Source: a virus. From it: DNA of 64,000 nucleotides. The stretch is from positions 1 to 64,000 of the IMG/VR virus record IMGVR_UViG_3300021420_000022. The stretch is one strand, 5' to 3'. A model generated the notes under the pieces. It was given only the letters and a program-made list of their open reading frames with translations, was not told the DNA's origin and made no database searches. Shown piece after piece: positions 19,441 to 28,805 of this stretch; the stretch's first letter is position 1; every line of letters starts with the position of its first letter. Made by a program: the position numbers and the translations under genes.

Positions 19441-19506
19441 CTCCCTAAAAGAAAGTGGGGCGATGTTTAGGGCACCGCCCCGATAGACAGGAGCTACCTG
19501 TTTATC
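19441..19506 (-). promoter_or_regulatory. Two-hairpin leader; the CCCUAAA loop is complementary to the SD region UUUAGGG (putative translational pseudoknot)
   Basis: Stems GATAAACAGG/CCTGTCTATC and GGGGCGGTG/CATCGCCCC are visible; 7-bp loop-SD complementarity. Confidence 0.6.
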
Positions 19507-19524
19507 AAATTGATAATAACAATG

Positions 19525-20826
19525 TCACCAATCCCAAAAACCGTAATAGAGCCCATCGTCAAGCAACGGGTTCGAGGGCACCAATGTAACGTCTGTCTGT
19601 TCGTTGTCGTCGAAGCCTGCCGCTTTCGCGATCTCCAGCTGAAGCTTTTTGTACTCCGCGTCAGCTTTCGGGCTGTTCACGTAGCGGTACATTCTCGCCA
19701 GCACGGCCTGTCGATACAGCGGAGCGTAATGATCCGGAAATGGCGACCAATTCTGCGAGGGGTCCGTCTTAAGCGGCGCGGCAACCTGATAGACCAGCTT
19801 CGCGCCCCAAGATATAGTGCCGGGGCACATGTAAAAACGAATAACCAACGTGCCGTCCCCGTTGTCGTGCTGCACCGCAACCAGCGAGGGGTCCTCGACG
19901 ATGCGAGACAGCGGGAGTTGCCGCTTGGCGTAAATGAGTCGATTGTAGTACGGGGCGCTCGTGTCAGTCATCATGTACATATAGGCTTCTTGCATCCAGC
20001 CGTAATCGAAGATGCCCGGCGCGCCGAGGATGTCGCCGTTGTTCTGACCTGCGACAGCGGCGAATGAAAACGACGACGCGGTGACCGCAGTGATCGCGTA
20101 GCCTTGGGTCCATATAGTGCCGACGCTGTTTGTGGTAAGCACGCTATTATAGGCGGCAGGGTTCGCAGCGTTGCTCGCTTGAGCCACCACGCCGTTCAAG
20201 AACACCGTGTTGCCGACAATAAATCCGTGAGGTTCTAGGGTGTTGACTGTGACGACTCCGCCGGAGACAGTGATGCCGGAATTCGAGGCTAGCGCTATAG
20301 CCCAACCCTGATTAGAACTTCCGAGAACAAACGAGCTCGATCCGGCCCAAATGTAGTCCTGTTTGAATGGCGCAGTAACGAGAAAGTTGGGGTAGTCTTT
20401 GCGATTGATCTTCCAGTTATTTTCGGCAGTGAGGAGATCAGCCAGAGCATCGTTGCAGATAGATAGGCCGGGTTCGTTGAGGTAGCCGCCAATACCCGTG
20501 ACGGGGAGTAACTCGACGTGAGTACTGGCGAAATTGAGGACTGACTGAAGAGTATTTGTGAAATGCCCACCTGTCGGTGGAGCAGCGGGAGGTAGCTGCG
20601 CAACAACTCCACCCCACCAATAATACGCTACAAGACTGCCGGTTGGGGGAGCGACAAAAAAGGTAATTGTCAGCCCACTCAATGTATAATCTATACCTTG
20701 AGTTTGTAACACTCCGTTCCAATACAATTGCAAAGTCGACGCTGGATTAGGAATGTTCTGCAAGGTAAAGATCGTATTTACTCCGTTTACAGTACCGGAC
20801 GGAGTTTCATTTGGCTGATAAGGCAT
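19525..20826 (-). CDS. Head-to-tail adaptor (P22 gp4-like) with N-terminal fibre-attachment-like domain
   Basis: C-terminal W.PFPDHY..LY..AVLARMY motif; N-terminal NGVLQ.QG.DYT motif. Confidence 0.7.
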   Translation of the reverse strand: MPYQPNETPSGTVNGVNTIFTLQNIPNPASTLQLYWNGVLQTQGIDYTLSGLTITFFVAPPTGSLVAYYWWGGVVAQLPPAAPPTGGHFTNTLQSVLNFASTHVELLPVTGIGGYLNEPGLSICNDALADLLTAENNWKINRKDYPNFLVTAPFKQDYIWAGSSSFVLGSSNQGWAIALASNSGITVSGGVVTVNTLEPHGFIVGNTVFLNGVVAQASNAANPAAYNSVLTTNSVGTIWTQGYAITAVTASSFSFAAVAGQNNGDILGAPGIFDYGWMQEAYMYMMTDTSAPYYNRLIYAKRQLPLSRIVEDPSLVAVQHDNGDGTLVIRFYMCPGTISWGAKLVYQVAAPLKTDPSQNWSPFPDHYAPLYRQAVLARMYRYVNSPKADAEYKKLQLEIAKAAGFDDNEQTDVTLVPSNPLLDDGLYYGFWDW

Positions 20827-20886
20827 TACAACTCCTATAAAGTTGAACCGGCGCTCACCACGCTCCGCAATGGGGAGGAGGGATCA

Positions 20887-22620
20887 TCAGTTTGCCACGC
20901 ACTTCACACGCAATGTGTCACTGCCTTGATAGTTCGTGGCCACAGCCGCATCGCTGTAGAGAGTCAGAACCACTGAGGTCGTGCTGATCGCCCCAGTTTG
21001 CTTGACTACGTAATTTGTCGTTGTCGTCGCGCTGACTGTATTGGCCTCACAGGTCCAACTCGTTGTAGCCGCTGGCATCGTGATCGTGCAGGCCGTTAAT
21101 GGATTGGTTCCGGTGAACACTTCAAACGATCCGGTACCATTTGGTGCTGTGATCGCTGCGACTGTCCCGCCGCACCCAGCCCCGGCAATCGTTGGCGCAG
21201 TATGGGATATTAAGAGATTAGGACTTGTCGCTATCTGCCCGGTGGTTGAGTTGTTAAACGTGAATCCTGGGAACGCTGCACCCCCAGCATAGGTGATCCC
21301 TGCAGAGCCGGTCTGCGCGGCATTGATGAGCGTAAGTTGTGGGACTTGAAGGTAATGCGTACCTGTGCACCCAGAATCCGTTAGAACTAAACCAGAATTA
21401 CCGTTTAGTCCCGCGCCTATAGTCGGTGTCAGCAACAAAGTGTCGAGGGTGCTCGCTCCAGCACCGCCCCAACAATAACCCAGGAACTTAATCGGTGGGG
21501 CTGGCTGAGGAGTGCCTACCGTCGCCGGTATAGGATTCTGGAAAATGGAGCTTGTGGAACCGATTCCAAGGAAACCGGGAGACGTGTTGCTACAAGTCGT
21601 CATGTCACGGACAGTGAGCGTGATTCCCGTCCCGATGGTGTCTGTGTGAGTTCCACAATAGCTCGTAATCACTCCACCGCCAGAAACGGTAATGTTGTTC
21701 CCAAGGTTAAGGGCCGTGCCTCCTATACTGGCCTGATCCTCAATGGCAATGTCATAAAGATTGTCCACCAGAAGAGTTCCTGTGTCCGCTCTCAGGTAGT
21801 TATTTGGTCCAGTGCCAGACCAGTTCTCGATGTACCAGTTAATGAAGGAATGGTAGAGGTTGATGTTCTGCCCGCCAGTGGCCGCGATCCACACACCTTG
21901 CTGGTTCGTGTTCGGCTGGATCATAACATTGCGATAGTTGCCGTAGCCAAAGGAGGTCGTACCGGAGGTATTCGTGTACTTCAGAACGGTCGTGCAATTC
22001 CCATAAACATCGTCCTGCATGTCGATGCGTTCGGTGTAATTCGTGACGTTATCGAGCCACATACAGATGCCGCTTGCCCCCGTGAAGCCTGAGATGAATA
22101 ACCGACGAAGCTTGAGGTTCTGTTCATCCCCACCATGAACACCGACTCCATTCGCTGCCGAGGTGCCTAAAATAGTCAAATCACTTAACTGCGCCCCTGG
22201 CACTGTAGAGAACGGGCTAGTGTTCAGTCGGAAATTGTCACCGTTCACAAGGCCATTTATAAAAGTGGCCCCTACGCCCGCTCCTTGGACGGTGACATAG
22301 GGACTACTGATCGTCACGGTTGTACTTAGGTTATAGATTCCAGCGGGAATGATGATCCAGCCCGAAGGATAGCCGTTGCGTAAAGGAAGCGCCGCATAAG
22401 CCGCCCGAATCCCTACGCCTAAATCTGGACTCTGTGAGTACGTCAGCCCATCCACGAAGATGATGTTGTTAAGGGAGGAAGGATTAAGCGAACCGCCGCC
22501 TCGAATTTGGGACATGTCAATCAGAGTCGCTGTATAAACGCCGCCCGCAGCTAACAAACCGAGCAAACAACCAAAAATAACTGTGCGAAATACTTCTTTA
22601 AATTCATTCCAGATTTTCAT
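20887..22620 (-). CDS. Tailspike-like beta-helix protein with N-terminal signal/TM segment
   Basis: Hydrophobic N-terminus; IRAAYAAL...IIIPAGIY...VQGAG pectate-lyase-3-like motif. Confidence 0.7.
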   Translation of the reverse strand: MKIWNEFKEVFRTVIFGCLLGLLAAGGVYTATLIDMSQIRGGGSLNPSSLNNIIFVDGLTYSQSPDLGVGIRAAYAALPLRNGYPSGWIIIPAGIYNLSTTVTISSPYVTVQGAGVGATFINGLVNGDNFRLNTSPFSTVPGAQLSDLTILGTSAANGVGVHGGDEQNLKLRRLFISGFTGASGICMWLDNVTNYTERIDMQDDVYGNCTTVLKYTNTSGTTSFGYGNYRNVMIQPNTNQQGVWIAATGGQNINLYHSFINWYIENWSGTGPNNYLRADTGTLLVDNLYDIAIEDQASIGGTALNLGNNITVSGGGVITSYCGTHTDTIGTGITLTVRDMTTCSNTSPGFLGIGSTSSIFQNPIPATVGTPQPAPPIKFLGYCWGGAGASTLDTLLLTPTIGAGLNGNSGLVLTDSGCTGTHYLQVPQLTLINAAQTGSAGITYAGGAAFPGFTFNNSTTGQIATSPNLLISHTAPTIAGAGCGGTVAAITAPNGTGSFEVFTGTNPLTACTITMPAATTSWTCEANTVSATTTTNYVVKQTGAISTTSVVLTLYSDAAVATNYQGSDTLRVKCVAN

Positions 22621-22844
22621 TACCCTTGATCCTTTCCAAACATTGTCGAGATTTTGTTCGTGGCATACGGAGCCAAAGCGAATGAGGTCAATCCGCCAAG
22701 AGCCGCGACGTTCGGAAGCTCATGTGCTGCCCAAACAGAGTGCGTAGTCCATGCGAGTACAAATCCACTGTGAATGAAGGTCATTACTCTCGCAAAAGAA
22801 ACCGTACCGTCCGCCTCAGAAAAAGCGCTTCGAATTACACCCAT
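22620..22844 (-). CDS. Small 2-TM holin-like membrane protein (paralog of 43904-44131)
   Basis: Two hydrophobic helices; FSE.DG..S.AR motif. Confidence 0.65.
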   Translation of the reverse strand: MGVIRSAFSEADGTVSFARVMTFIHSGFVLAWTTHSVWAAHELPNVAALGGLTSFALAPYATNKISTMFGKDQG

Positions 22845-22916
22845 TTCATCACCTCAGAGAAAATTGGAAGGGGCCGCTGCGCTTACACGCCCAGATCGCG
22901 ACCCCCGTTGTTGTTT

Positions 22917-23366
22917 TTAAGCTTTAGGACCGGGATCACCTTTCGGACCTTGAGCGCCGTCCTTGCCATCTTTACCGGGCGCGCCGTCTTTTCCGTCGTG
23001 ACCATCTTTACCGGGGTTGCCATCCTTCCCGTCTTTGCCGTCTCGACCATCGTGACCGTTGACGCCGTCGTGGCCGTCTTTACCGTCATGGCCTGACGCG
23101 CCATCGTGGCCATCTTTACCGGAAAGGCCGTCATGGCCGTCGAGGCCGTGCAAGCCGTCTTTTCCGTTTACGCCGTCTCGACCGTCCTTGCCGGGCATAC
23201 CGTCTTTCCCGGCTTTACCAGCGAGTCCCGCCGCGCCAGCCGGGCCTACCACAGTTTTACCTGCGGGACCGACCGGGCCTTGCGGGCCGGGCGTACCGTG
23301 TCTCAGAAATTGCAACACAAGAGACAAAGCGGCAACTCCTAGTGCAATGTAAGTCAAATCAATCAT
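22917..23366 (-). CDS. Membrane-anchored collagen-like protein
   Basis: N-terminal TM helix followed by G-X-Y repeats (GKD/GHD/GRD). Confidence 0.85.
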   Translation of the reverse strand: MIDLTYIALGVAALSLVLQFLRHGTPGPQGPVGPAGKTVVGPAGAAGLAGKAGKDGMPGKDGRDGVNGKDGLHGLDGHDGLSGKDGHDGASGHDGKDGHDGVNGHDGRDGKDGKDGNPGKDGHDGKDGAPGKDGKDGAQGPKGDPGPKA

Positions 23367-23399
23367 CGTTCCTCCGATGCGGATAGAGTGACTGGGTTT

Positions 23400-23843
23400 T
23401 TATTGGAACAGCTCGTTCGACGGCAACGACTGGAACAGACGATTGAAGGTGTTCGTATCGAAGATGTCCTCTTCGCTATCCCAATGTGCCGGTCGAGGCT
23501 CCGGGCGAATCTTGCATTGATTCCGCTGACACAGAATGTAGCCGGGGCCGCTCTTTTCCTGAATCCAAACGCAATGCGTGTTTCCGTTCGGGTGCGCGTG
23601 GGTGCAAGTTCTCTTCGCCATGCGATCCGCTTCGCGCTTGGCTAGCATGCCCACCGCGTTATCCTTGCGCTCTTGGTTCTTCGCAAGAATCTCAGCGGCC
23701 TCTTTGTCGAGCGCCTTCTGCTCCATCACCGTAGGCTTTTTCATGGCCTCGACGAGGGCTGCCGTCTGCTCAGCGAACATCTTTTGCTGAGCCGCCAGAA
23801 TCTCTTTCAACTCTGATACTGATACAGACTTTTCTTCACTCAT
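23400..23843 (-). CDS. Hypothetical protein (coiled coil plus Cys/His zinc-binding C-terminus)
   Basis: SD AAGGAG; CTHAH...C...CQRNQC. Confidence 0.7.
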   Translation of the reverse strand: MSEEKSVSVSELKEILAAQQKMFAEQTAALVEAMKKPTVMEQKALDKEAAEILAKNQERKDNAVGMLAKREADRMAKRTCTHAHPNGNTHCVWIQEKSGPGYILCQRNQCKIRPEPRPAHWDSEEDIFDTNTFNRLFQSLPSNELFQ

Positions 23844-23855
23844 GGTACTTCTCCT

Positions 23856-24410
23856 TTATTCCATATACTTCGGATATAATTGTTCGAACCAGCGTGTCGA
23901 TCTTTGATCGTTCGCCGGATCGCCGAATTCTTGTATTGTGCCTCGATACGTAATCGCTCGCGCCTTGATTAGCGCGATCAACGTCGAACGCCAACCGTGT
24001 ATTTCTCTCGTGGCGAGTTTCGAAGTATCCAGAGTCACATGCGGATACTCAGGAATCCACTCTTTCGGGAGTCCTGCTACATACTCAAAATCCCAGCGCC
24101 ACTTCGTCGGCGCGTTCGGGTCCCACTGTTGCCAGTCGTATTCGTCGTGACGCTTCGGGCGATAGATCGCGACCTGATCGGCTGAGCCGTCCTCGACGCG
24201 AAGGTCAGGATTCAGCGTCCAGAGTCGTCGAAGAATTTCCGTGTAATACAGTCGCGGACCCGCGCTACGATCCGGGTCCTCCAGCTCGTCCTGCCGCCAA
24301 ATCTTTTTCTTGGCAGCCATCTTCAAAAGCTGTTCGCGCTCTCGAAGGTTAGCCTCTTCGGGACTCAGCTTCGTGTCCCCGAGGTTAGTTCGATCAATTT
24401 CTATACGCAC
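23856..24410 (-). CDS. Hypothetical phage protein (head region)
   Basis: SD GGAGG; GTG start; long ORF within the operon. Confidence 0.7.
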   Translation of the reverse strand: MRIEIDRTNLGDTKLSPEEANLREREQLLKMAAKKKIWRQDELEDPDRSAGPRLYYTEILRRLWTLNPDLRVEDGSADQVAIYRPKRHDEYDWQQWDPNAPTKWRWDFEYVAGLPKEWIPEYPHVTLDTSKLATREIHGWRSTLIALIKARAITYRGTIQEFGDPANDQRSTRWFEQLYPKYME

Positions 24411-24694
24411 AATTCCTCCCGTGTTCCGTCTTCCTTAACTTCGTCCAACCTAACTGCGTCACCGATGATCAGCACCGCCATATCAGACTTTTCGGCATAG
24501 TCGCGGGCTACTTCCAGAATGTCTCCAATGACTTGAAGAATGTCATTCCGCTCTGCAAACTGATGTGCCAACTGCATGTCGTAAATGCTGGAGACGAGCA
24601 CACAATACAGCGGTGTGTACTGCAAGATCGCTTTGATGTCGCCGAGATCGCTCTGCGGGTCGATCAAGCGGTTCACCACGTAAACGGTCTTCAT
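24401..24694 (-). CDS. Hypothetical protein
   Basis: ATGA coupling at 24691-24694. Confidence 0.6.
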   Translation of the reverse strand: MKTVYVVNRLIDPQSDLGDIKAILQYTPLYCVLVSSIYDMQLAHQFAERNDILQVIGDILEVARDYAEKSDMAVLIIGDAVRLDEVKEDGTREELCV

Positions 24695-25194
24695 GGTTGA
24701 AAACTCTTGACTAACTGATCCCACAGTCCCACGGCCTCTGAGCCGCGATGTCTACAAATTCGAAGAAGATAGGCAGGAATCAACAAATCTTCGTGATTTT
24801 GAAAACACTCTTCGTGACTATCAGCTACTCGAATTAAGACTTTTATGCCACGATGCTCAAGCCAAGCAAAACGACGAAATTGATCAGGCCGCAACTGATC
24901 GTGACCGATTTTCAACTCAATTGATACGCCGTCATCAGGCCACCCATTTTTCAGAGGACCGATCATCTTTAAAGCTTTCCTAAGTCGACAAAGAGTCCCG
25001 TTCTGAAGATGTTCGTCAGAACTTTCTTCGAAGTGAGTATGGTAATACTTTCGCTGACCTCTACGAACCTTTTCTCGATTTTTTGCTCGATATTTCCGAT
25101 TATTTTCACGAACTGCTTCTGGGTGTTCCTTCCGATATCTACACTGCGCTTCCGCTGCCTTTCTGTGCTTCTCATCTTCAAAAATTCGCTTCAT
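24691..25194 (-). CDS. VRR-NUC-like PD-(D/E)xK nuclease with basic helical-repeat N-terminus
   Basis: GWPD...IELK...LRPDQ...LEHRGIKV motif; N-terminal RYRKEHPE/KYRAKNRE repeats. Confidence 0.65.
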   Translation of the reverse strand: MKRIFEDEKHRKAAEAQCRYRKEHPEAVRENNRKYRAKNREKVRRGQRKYYHTHFEESSDEHLQNGTLCRLRKALKMIGPLKNGWPDDGVSIELKIGHDQLRPDQFRRFAWLEHRGIKVLIRVADSHEECFQNHEDLLIPAYLLRICRHRGSEAVGLWDQLVKSFQP

Positions 25195-25197
25195 TTT

Positions 25198-25704
25198 TCA
25201 AATCTCCAAATAAAATGCGTTAATATGGTACGGCATACCAGCTGCGCCAGCCGAACAGGTTGCGGTCCAGTTGTAAGCTGCGGCTCCTTGGTCCGTCCAT
25301 ACAACCGTTCCGTCAGCCGTAGTCCCACCCGCGTCATTCCAAGTTGGGACACTAGAGGCGGACGCACCCCCGGTCGTCACCTTTTGAATGTGATTCGATG
25401 GATCACGGACTTCTATGCCTAGCGCATAGGGGTAATTTGACTGCCACGGTGCCCAAATAGCGTTTTGATAGAGCCAACGGTCGGACGGCAAGAACATTGT
25501 AAAAGGGGCCTGCGCCAATGTGGCAGAGTTCGGATAATCGATGATCATACGAACTGTACCGCCCGTACTTTCTTTTATTGTGATAGTTCCGGCGGCTTGA
25601 GTGCCTCCAAACGTAATCACCAATCCGACGAGCGCGTTATTTTGGCCAGAAGTAACAATTGTCGTTTCCGTTGCCACTGTGATCGTTGTCTCTTGAACAG
25701 ACAT
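25198..25704 (-). CDS. Virion protein with CBM5/12-like W..DG.V.W module
   Basis: SD GAGG before MSVQETT; WQSNYPYALG...PTW...TTADGTVVW. Confidence 0.7.
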   Translation of the reverse strand: MSVQETTITVATETTIVTSGQNNALVGLVITFGGTQAAGTITIKESTGGTVRMIIDYPNSATLAQAPFTMFLPSDRWLYQNAIWAPWQSNYPYALGIEVRDPSNHIQKVTTGGASASSVPTWNDAGGTTADGTVVWTDQGAAAYNWTATCSAGAAGMPYHINAFYLEI

Positions 25705-25713
25705 GAAAACCTC

Positions 25714-25742
25714 TTGACAAATCTGAATTTTTGTGGTACTGT
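25714..25742 (+). promoter_or_regulatory. Sigma70-type promoter antisense to the late operon
   Basis: TTGACA-17 bp-TACTGT with extended -10 TG; followed by GGAGGCAACCATG. Confidence 0.7.
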
Positions 25743-25760
25743 TGCCGATAGGAGGCAACC

Positions 25761-25910
25761 ATGAAAAAAGTAGTTCCGACGGAACGGCAAACATTCATTG
25801 GATTTCAACAAATAGTTGTCCGTCATCGGGATCGCTGGCCGGATCGCTATCAAACATTCCTTCAATCTTCAACCTACAATTTGCGCTCCAAGAGAACGTC
25901 ATCTACATGA
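25761..25910 (+). CDS. Small basic protein (49 aa, MKKVVPTERQ...), antisense moron-like gene absent from the ORF track
   Basis: Own promoter, an SD identical to the early-gene cassettes, and a downstream hairpin. Confidence 0.55.
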   Translation: MKKVVPTERQTFIGFQQIVVRHRDRWPDRYQTFLQSSTYNLRSKRTSST

Positions 25911-25960
25911 CAGACGAAGATAGTTCTCTGATCGCAACCCACCAATAAATCTCGAAAATT

Positions 25961-25992
25961 TGAGGGGTTCTTCTGAAAAGGAGAGCCCCTCG
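25961..25992. terminator. Hairpin, probably a bidirectional terminator
   Basis: GAGGGGTTC...GAGCCCCTC stem between convergent transcripts. Confidence 0.55.
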
Positions 25993-26015
25993 AAGTCCTT
26001 GTTAGAGGTTTTCGT

Positions 26016-26591
26016 TTATACGGGATCAATGTCGAACTGAGTCAACGTAGCGGTGTTGGCGGCATTAGCCCCCGAGAACGCAGCGGTCACTGAGAAATGC
26101 ATCCCTGTGGCGAAGAAGTTGGCCGCTGTCAACGTAGTCGGCGTGACGTAAGTTTGAGCTTGTATCGTCCCGATGTTACCGATCCAACCCCAAAAAATAC
26201 CGAAGATTTTCGTTGAAGTTGGGTCCCACATCAGCTCTGCTTCAATCATCCAATTACCCGATACTGAAGTGACAGTTTGCGCTGTCATCGCGGCAACGGC
26301 ACTGTTTGACCCTGCGGTTGCGCTGTTACCAAATTGAAGAGTCGGAATGAAAGTCGTGGCCGTACCGGCTCCTGTAAACAGACCGGCTGCTTTGACATCA
26401 AACACAATGTTTTGGTAAAGCCTCTGCCATCCAGTATCGCTATTGAAGGGAGCGGGCATCGGAGAAGCAGACACTTGACAAGTGATCGCACTGCCACCGG
26501 CGTCGGTGAAGACCGTCTGAGTCGTACCGATGTTAGCCAGCGAGACGGGGAGCTTAAACCCCTGATCAGCAATCGAAATAGGTGTAGGCAT
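26016..26591 (-). CDS. Putative capsid decoration protein
   Basis: Immediately downstream of the major capsid gene; beta-rich and A/T/G-rich. Confidence 0.6.
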   Translation of the reverse strand: MPTPISIADQGFKLPVSLANIGTTQTVFTDAGGSAITCQVSASPMPAPFNSDTGWQRLYQNIVFDVKAAGLFTGAGTATTFIPTLQFGNSATAGSNSAVAAMTAQTVTSVSGNWMIEAELMWDPTSTKIFGIFWGWIGNIGTIQAQTYVTPTTLTAANFFATGMHFSVTAAFSGANAANTATLTQFDIDPV

Positions 26592-26611
26592 TGTAATCTC
26601 CTTTTCGTCTG

Positions 26612-26650
26612 TAGACTCAGGGCTCTCGATTTAACAAGAGCCCCAGTCTC
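26612..26650 (-). terminator. Hairpin downstream of the major capsid gene
   Basis: AGACT.GGGCTCT...AGAGCCC..AGTCT inverted repeat. Confidence 0.5.
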
Positions 26651-26655
26651 AAACT

Positions 26656-27651
26656 TTATCCGATTGTCGATTCAGCAGTGATCCTGCGGAACTTGTCCGA
26701 AGAAGCATGCGTCGGGGCAACAGCCAGCCCGAAGAAGAAGTTGTACACCGATGCCGCCTTGATCAGAGCAGCCGGGTCAAGAGAATTCGAACCTTCTTGG
26801 AAGTTCACAGTCTTCACCGTAAAATTCTTCTGGTTCAGGTTCGTCTTGCCGAGCGAGCTGGCGATGACCGCCTGATGGCCCACAACGTATGCGTGATACG
26901 CGGTGTGCGCCGAGCCCTGCCAGGAAGCGGCCGTGGTGACAGCGTTCGATTCGTACCATTCGACGCCGCCGACGTTGCCGATGTAAGCACCCTTGATTCC
27001 GACCAGAGCCGGGTTCGAGGAGGCCAGTTTCTCGCTGAACTTCATCAAGTCAGCCATGCCGGAAGCGCTAGCGTCGTTGACGAGGTCGTATGCGCCCAAA
27101 CTGTGGATGACGCCGAAGAACAGGCCATTAGACTTGGGCTTCACGTCAAACGAACGCAACTGCCACACAGCCTTGCGGGCGATGGACGCGTTCATGTAGT
27201 TGCCGTCGTTCACGTCGATCCTATCGAGCGTAGTTGCGGCAGCCTGAGTGTCGATAGCGGTCCAAATGACCGTATCAACAGACAACGCGCCACGGTACGC
27301 CAGAAGCGAAGAGCCTTCCGCTACCGTGTTGGAAATTGTCGTGAGAACAACCTTATTCGAATAGCTGATGTAATCAGCGTAGTTCGCGAGGTTGATGGTC
27401 GCCGTGTTCTGAGTCAGAGACTGACCAGAAGCAGGCGTGCCTTCAGTGACCGCGTTCGTGTTAGCAGCCATTTTCGTGTAATCGAAAATCTGCATTGCCA
27501 CGCCGCTCATGTCGGGCATGATCTTCAAATCGCACGCAGCGTATCCAAACAAATTGGAATACAGCGTGTCCAGCGCCACGCGGTCGTAGTAGACCGTGGG
27601 GTAAGCAGCGAGTCCGCTAGAAATAACGGAGGCGCTTGTGGGAAGTGCCAT
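26656..27651 (-). CDS. Major capsid protein (N4-gp56-like, HK97 fold)
   Basis: 331 aa after the scaffold gene; YYDR..L, TEG.P..Q.L and Y.DY...S motifs; biased high-expression codon usage. Confidence 0.88.
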   Translation of the reverse strand: MALPTSASVISSGLAAYPTVYYDRVALDTLYSNLFGYAACDLKIMPDMSGVAMQIFDYTKMAANTNAVTEGTPASGQSLTQNTATINLANYADYISYSNKVVLTTISNTVAEGSSLLAYRGALSVDTVIWTAIDTQAAATTLDRIDVNDGNYMNASIARKAVWQLRSFDVKPKSNGLFFGVIHSLGAYDLVNDASASGMADLMKFSEKLASSNPALVGIKGAYIGNVGGVEWYESNAVTTAASWQGSAHTAYHAYVVGHQAVIASSLGKTNLNQKNFTVKTVNFQEGSNSLDPAALIKAASVYNFFFGLAVAPTHASSDKFRRITAESTIG

Positions 27652-27680
27652 TTCATTTCACCTTTGAAGTGAGTTAATTG

Positions 27681-28805
27681 TTATTTTGCCGACCGAGGGA
27701 TGCCCTTACCGAGCTTCTCAAATTCCTCTCGGGGCAAATCGTACAATTCGTCCTCAGTCAGCTCGGCCTTTACGACCGGGGCGTCGCTTCGAGTCGTCGA
27801 AACGCTGCTTGCTTTCTTCGGGCTTCGTACCGGCGTAACGTCGGCCACTACTTCCGGCACAGTAGGCTCAATCCGAGTCTCTTTGCCTTTCGTTGTGGTT
27901 TCCGTCTTCGTGGGTGCGCTCGCTTCATCAGTCTTCAGCTTGAGTAATCCCCTCTCGCTGAGGTCATCAAAAGCCTTCTCAAGGTTTTCTTGAGTGAACT
28001 CGTGGTAGTTGTGACTTACGACCCAATTTCTGATCTGATCGCCGTTCTCCGGAGACGTAATGTACTCAGGGTGTCCCGCGACCCAGTCACGTTGAATCTG
28101 CAAACTCTTTTCTTGCGCGGCGCGAGCCTCATCGGCTGCCTTCTGCGCGGCCTGCCACGTCTTAAACTCTGTGACATCCATGCCAGTCAGTTCTTTAAAC
28201 ATGGCCTTGAATGCTTCCGTGGGCTTTTTTTCAAACTGCTGTTTAAAAACGTACTCCTGATCGTCGCTAATCACAGGCTCTTTGGCCGGTTCCGGCTCTT
28301 TCGGATGCTTCCGTTGAAACTCCCGAATAGTGCGCGTGGCGTTCTCTTGAGCCTTAACCAGACGGTCATTCAAATCCTTGATGGCGTCGAGCTCCGTCTC
28401 GCCACGGCCCTCGAAAACTTGCACGCCGGTGCCGTCGCCCAGATCGATCTCTCGACGAACGATATACTCGTTCGGCTCGCCGTCGTCTTCCTCTTCGGTA
28501 GGTGTGACAGGTTCATCGACCTTTTCAGATTTCTTAAACCGACCGTGCTCGTCGCGCTCTTGCTCGGTCTTCTCGGCAGCCTCGCGCTCTTCGATCTCTT
28601 CCGGAGTCTCTTTCGCTTCGGTCAGAGCCTTCTCGCGAGACGCTGCATCCGCCGCCAAAGTCTCAGCAGCGATTCGGTCCGCTTCTGCCGCTTTCTCTGC
28701 AGCGGCCTTCTCTGCGGCTTCCTGCTCTTGCCCTTCCTGTATAGCCAGCTGACGCAATTCCTCTAGGGACAGTGCGTCCAGTTCGGCTTCCGTTTTCGCT
28801 ACCAT
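27681..28805 (-). CDS. Scaffolding protein
   Basis: Acidic helical protein with RDEHGRF motif, directly upstream of the capsid gene. Confidence 0.75.
   Translation of the reverse strand: MVAKTEAELDALSLEELRQLAIQEGQEQEAAEKAAAEKAAEADRIAAETLAADAASREKALTEAKETPEEIEEREAAEKTEQERDEHGRFKKSEKVDEPVTPTEEEDDGEPNEYIVRREIDLGDGTGVQVFEGRGETELDAIKDLNDRLVKAQENATRTIREFQRKHPKEPEPAKEPVISDDQEYVFKQQFEKKPTEAFKAMFKELTGMDVTEFKTWQAAQKAADEARAAQEKSLQIQRDWVAGHPEYITSPENGDQIRNWVVSHNYHEFTQENLEKAFDDLSERGLLKLKTDEASAPTKTETTTKGKETRIEPTVPEVVADVTPVRSPKKASSVSTTRSDAPVVKAELTEDELYDLPREEFEKLGKGIPRSAK

Noticed and set aside
20830-20895. Hammerhead ribozyme (CUGAUGA on the minus strand)
   Set aside because: No downstream GAAA core or stem II; the motif is just tandem stop codons
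26707-27672. Long plus-strand ORFs opposite structural genes (also 6608-7498, 9617-10555, 27990-28766)
   Set aside because: Antisense shadows of codon-biased genes; no SD or recognisable motifs
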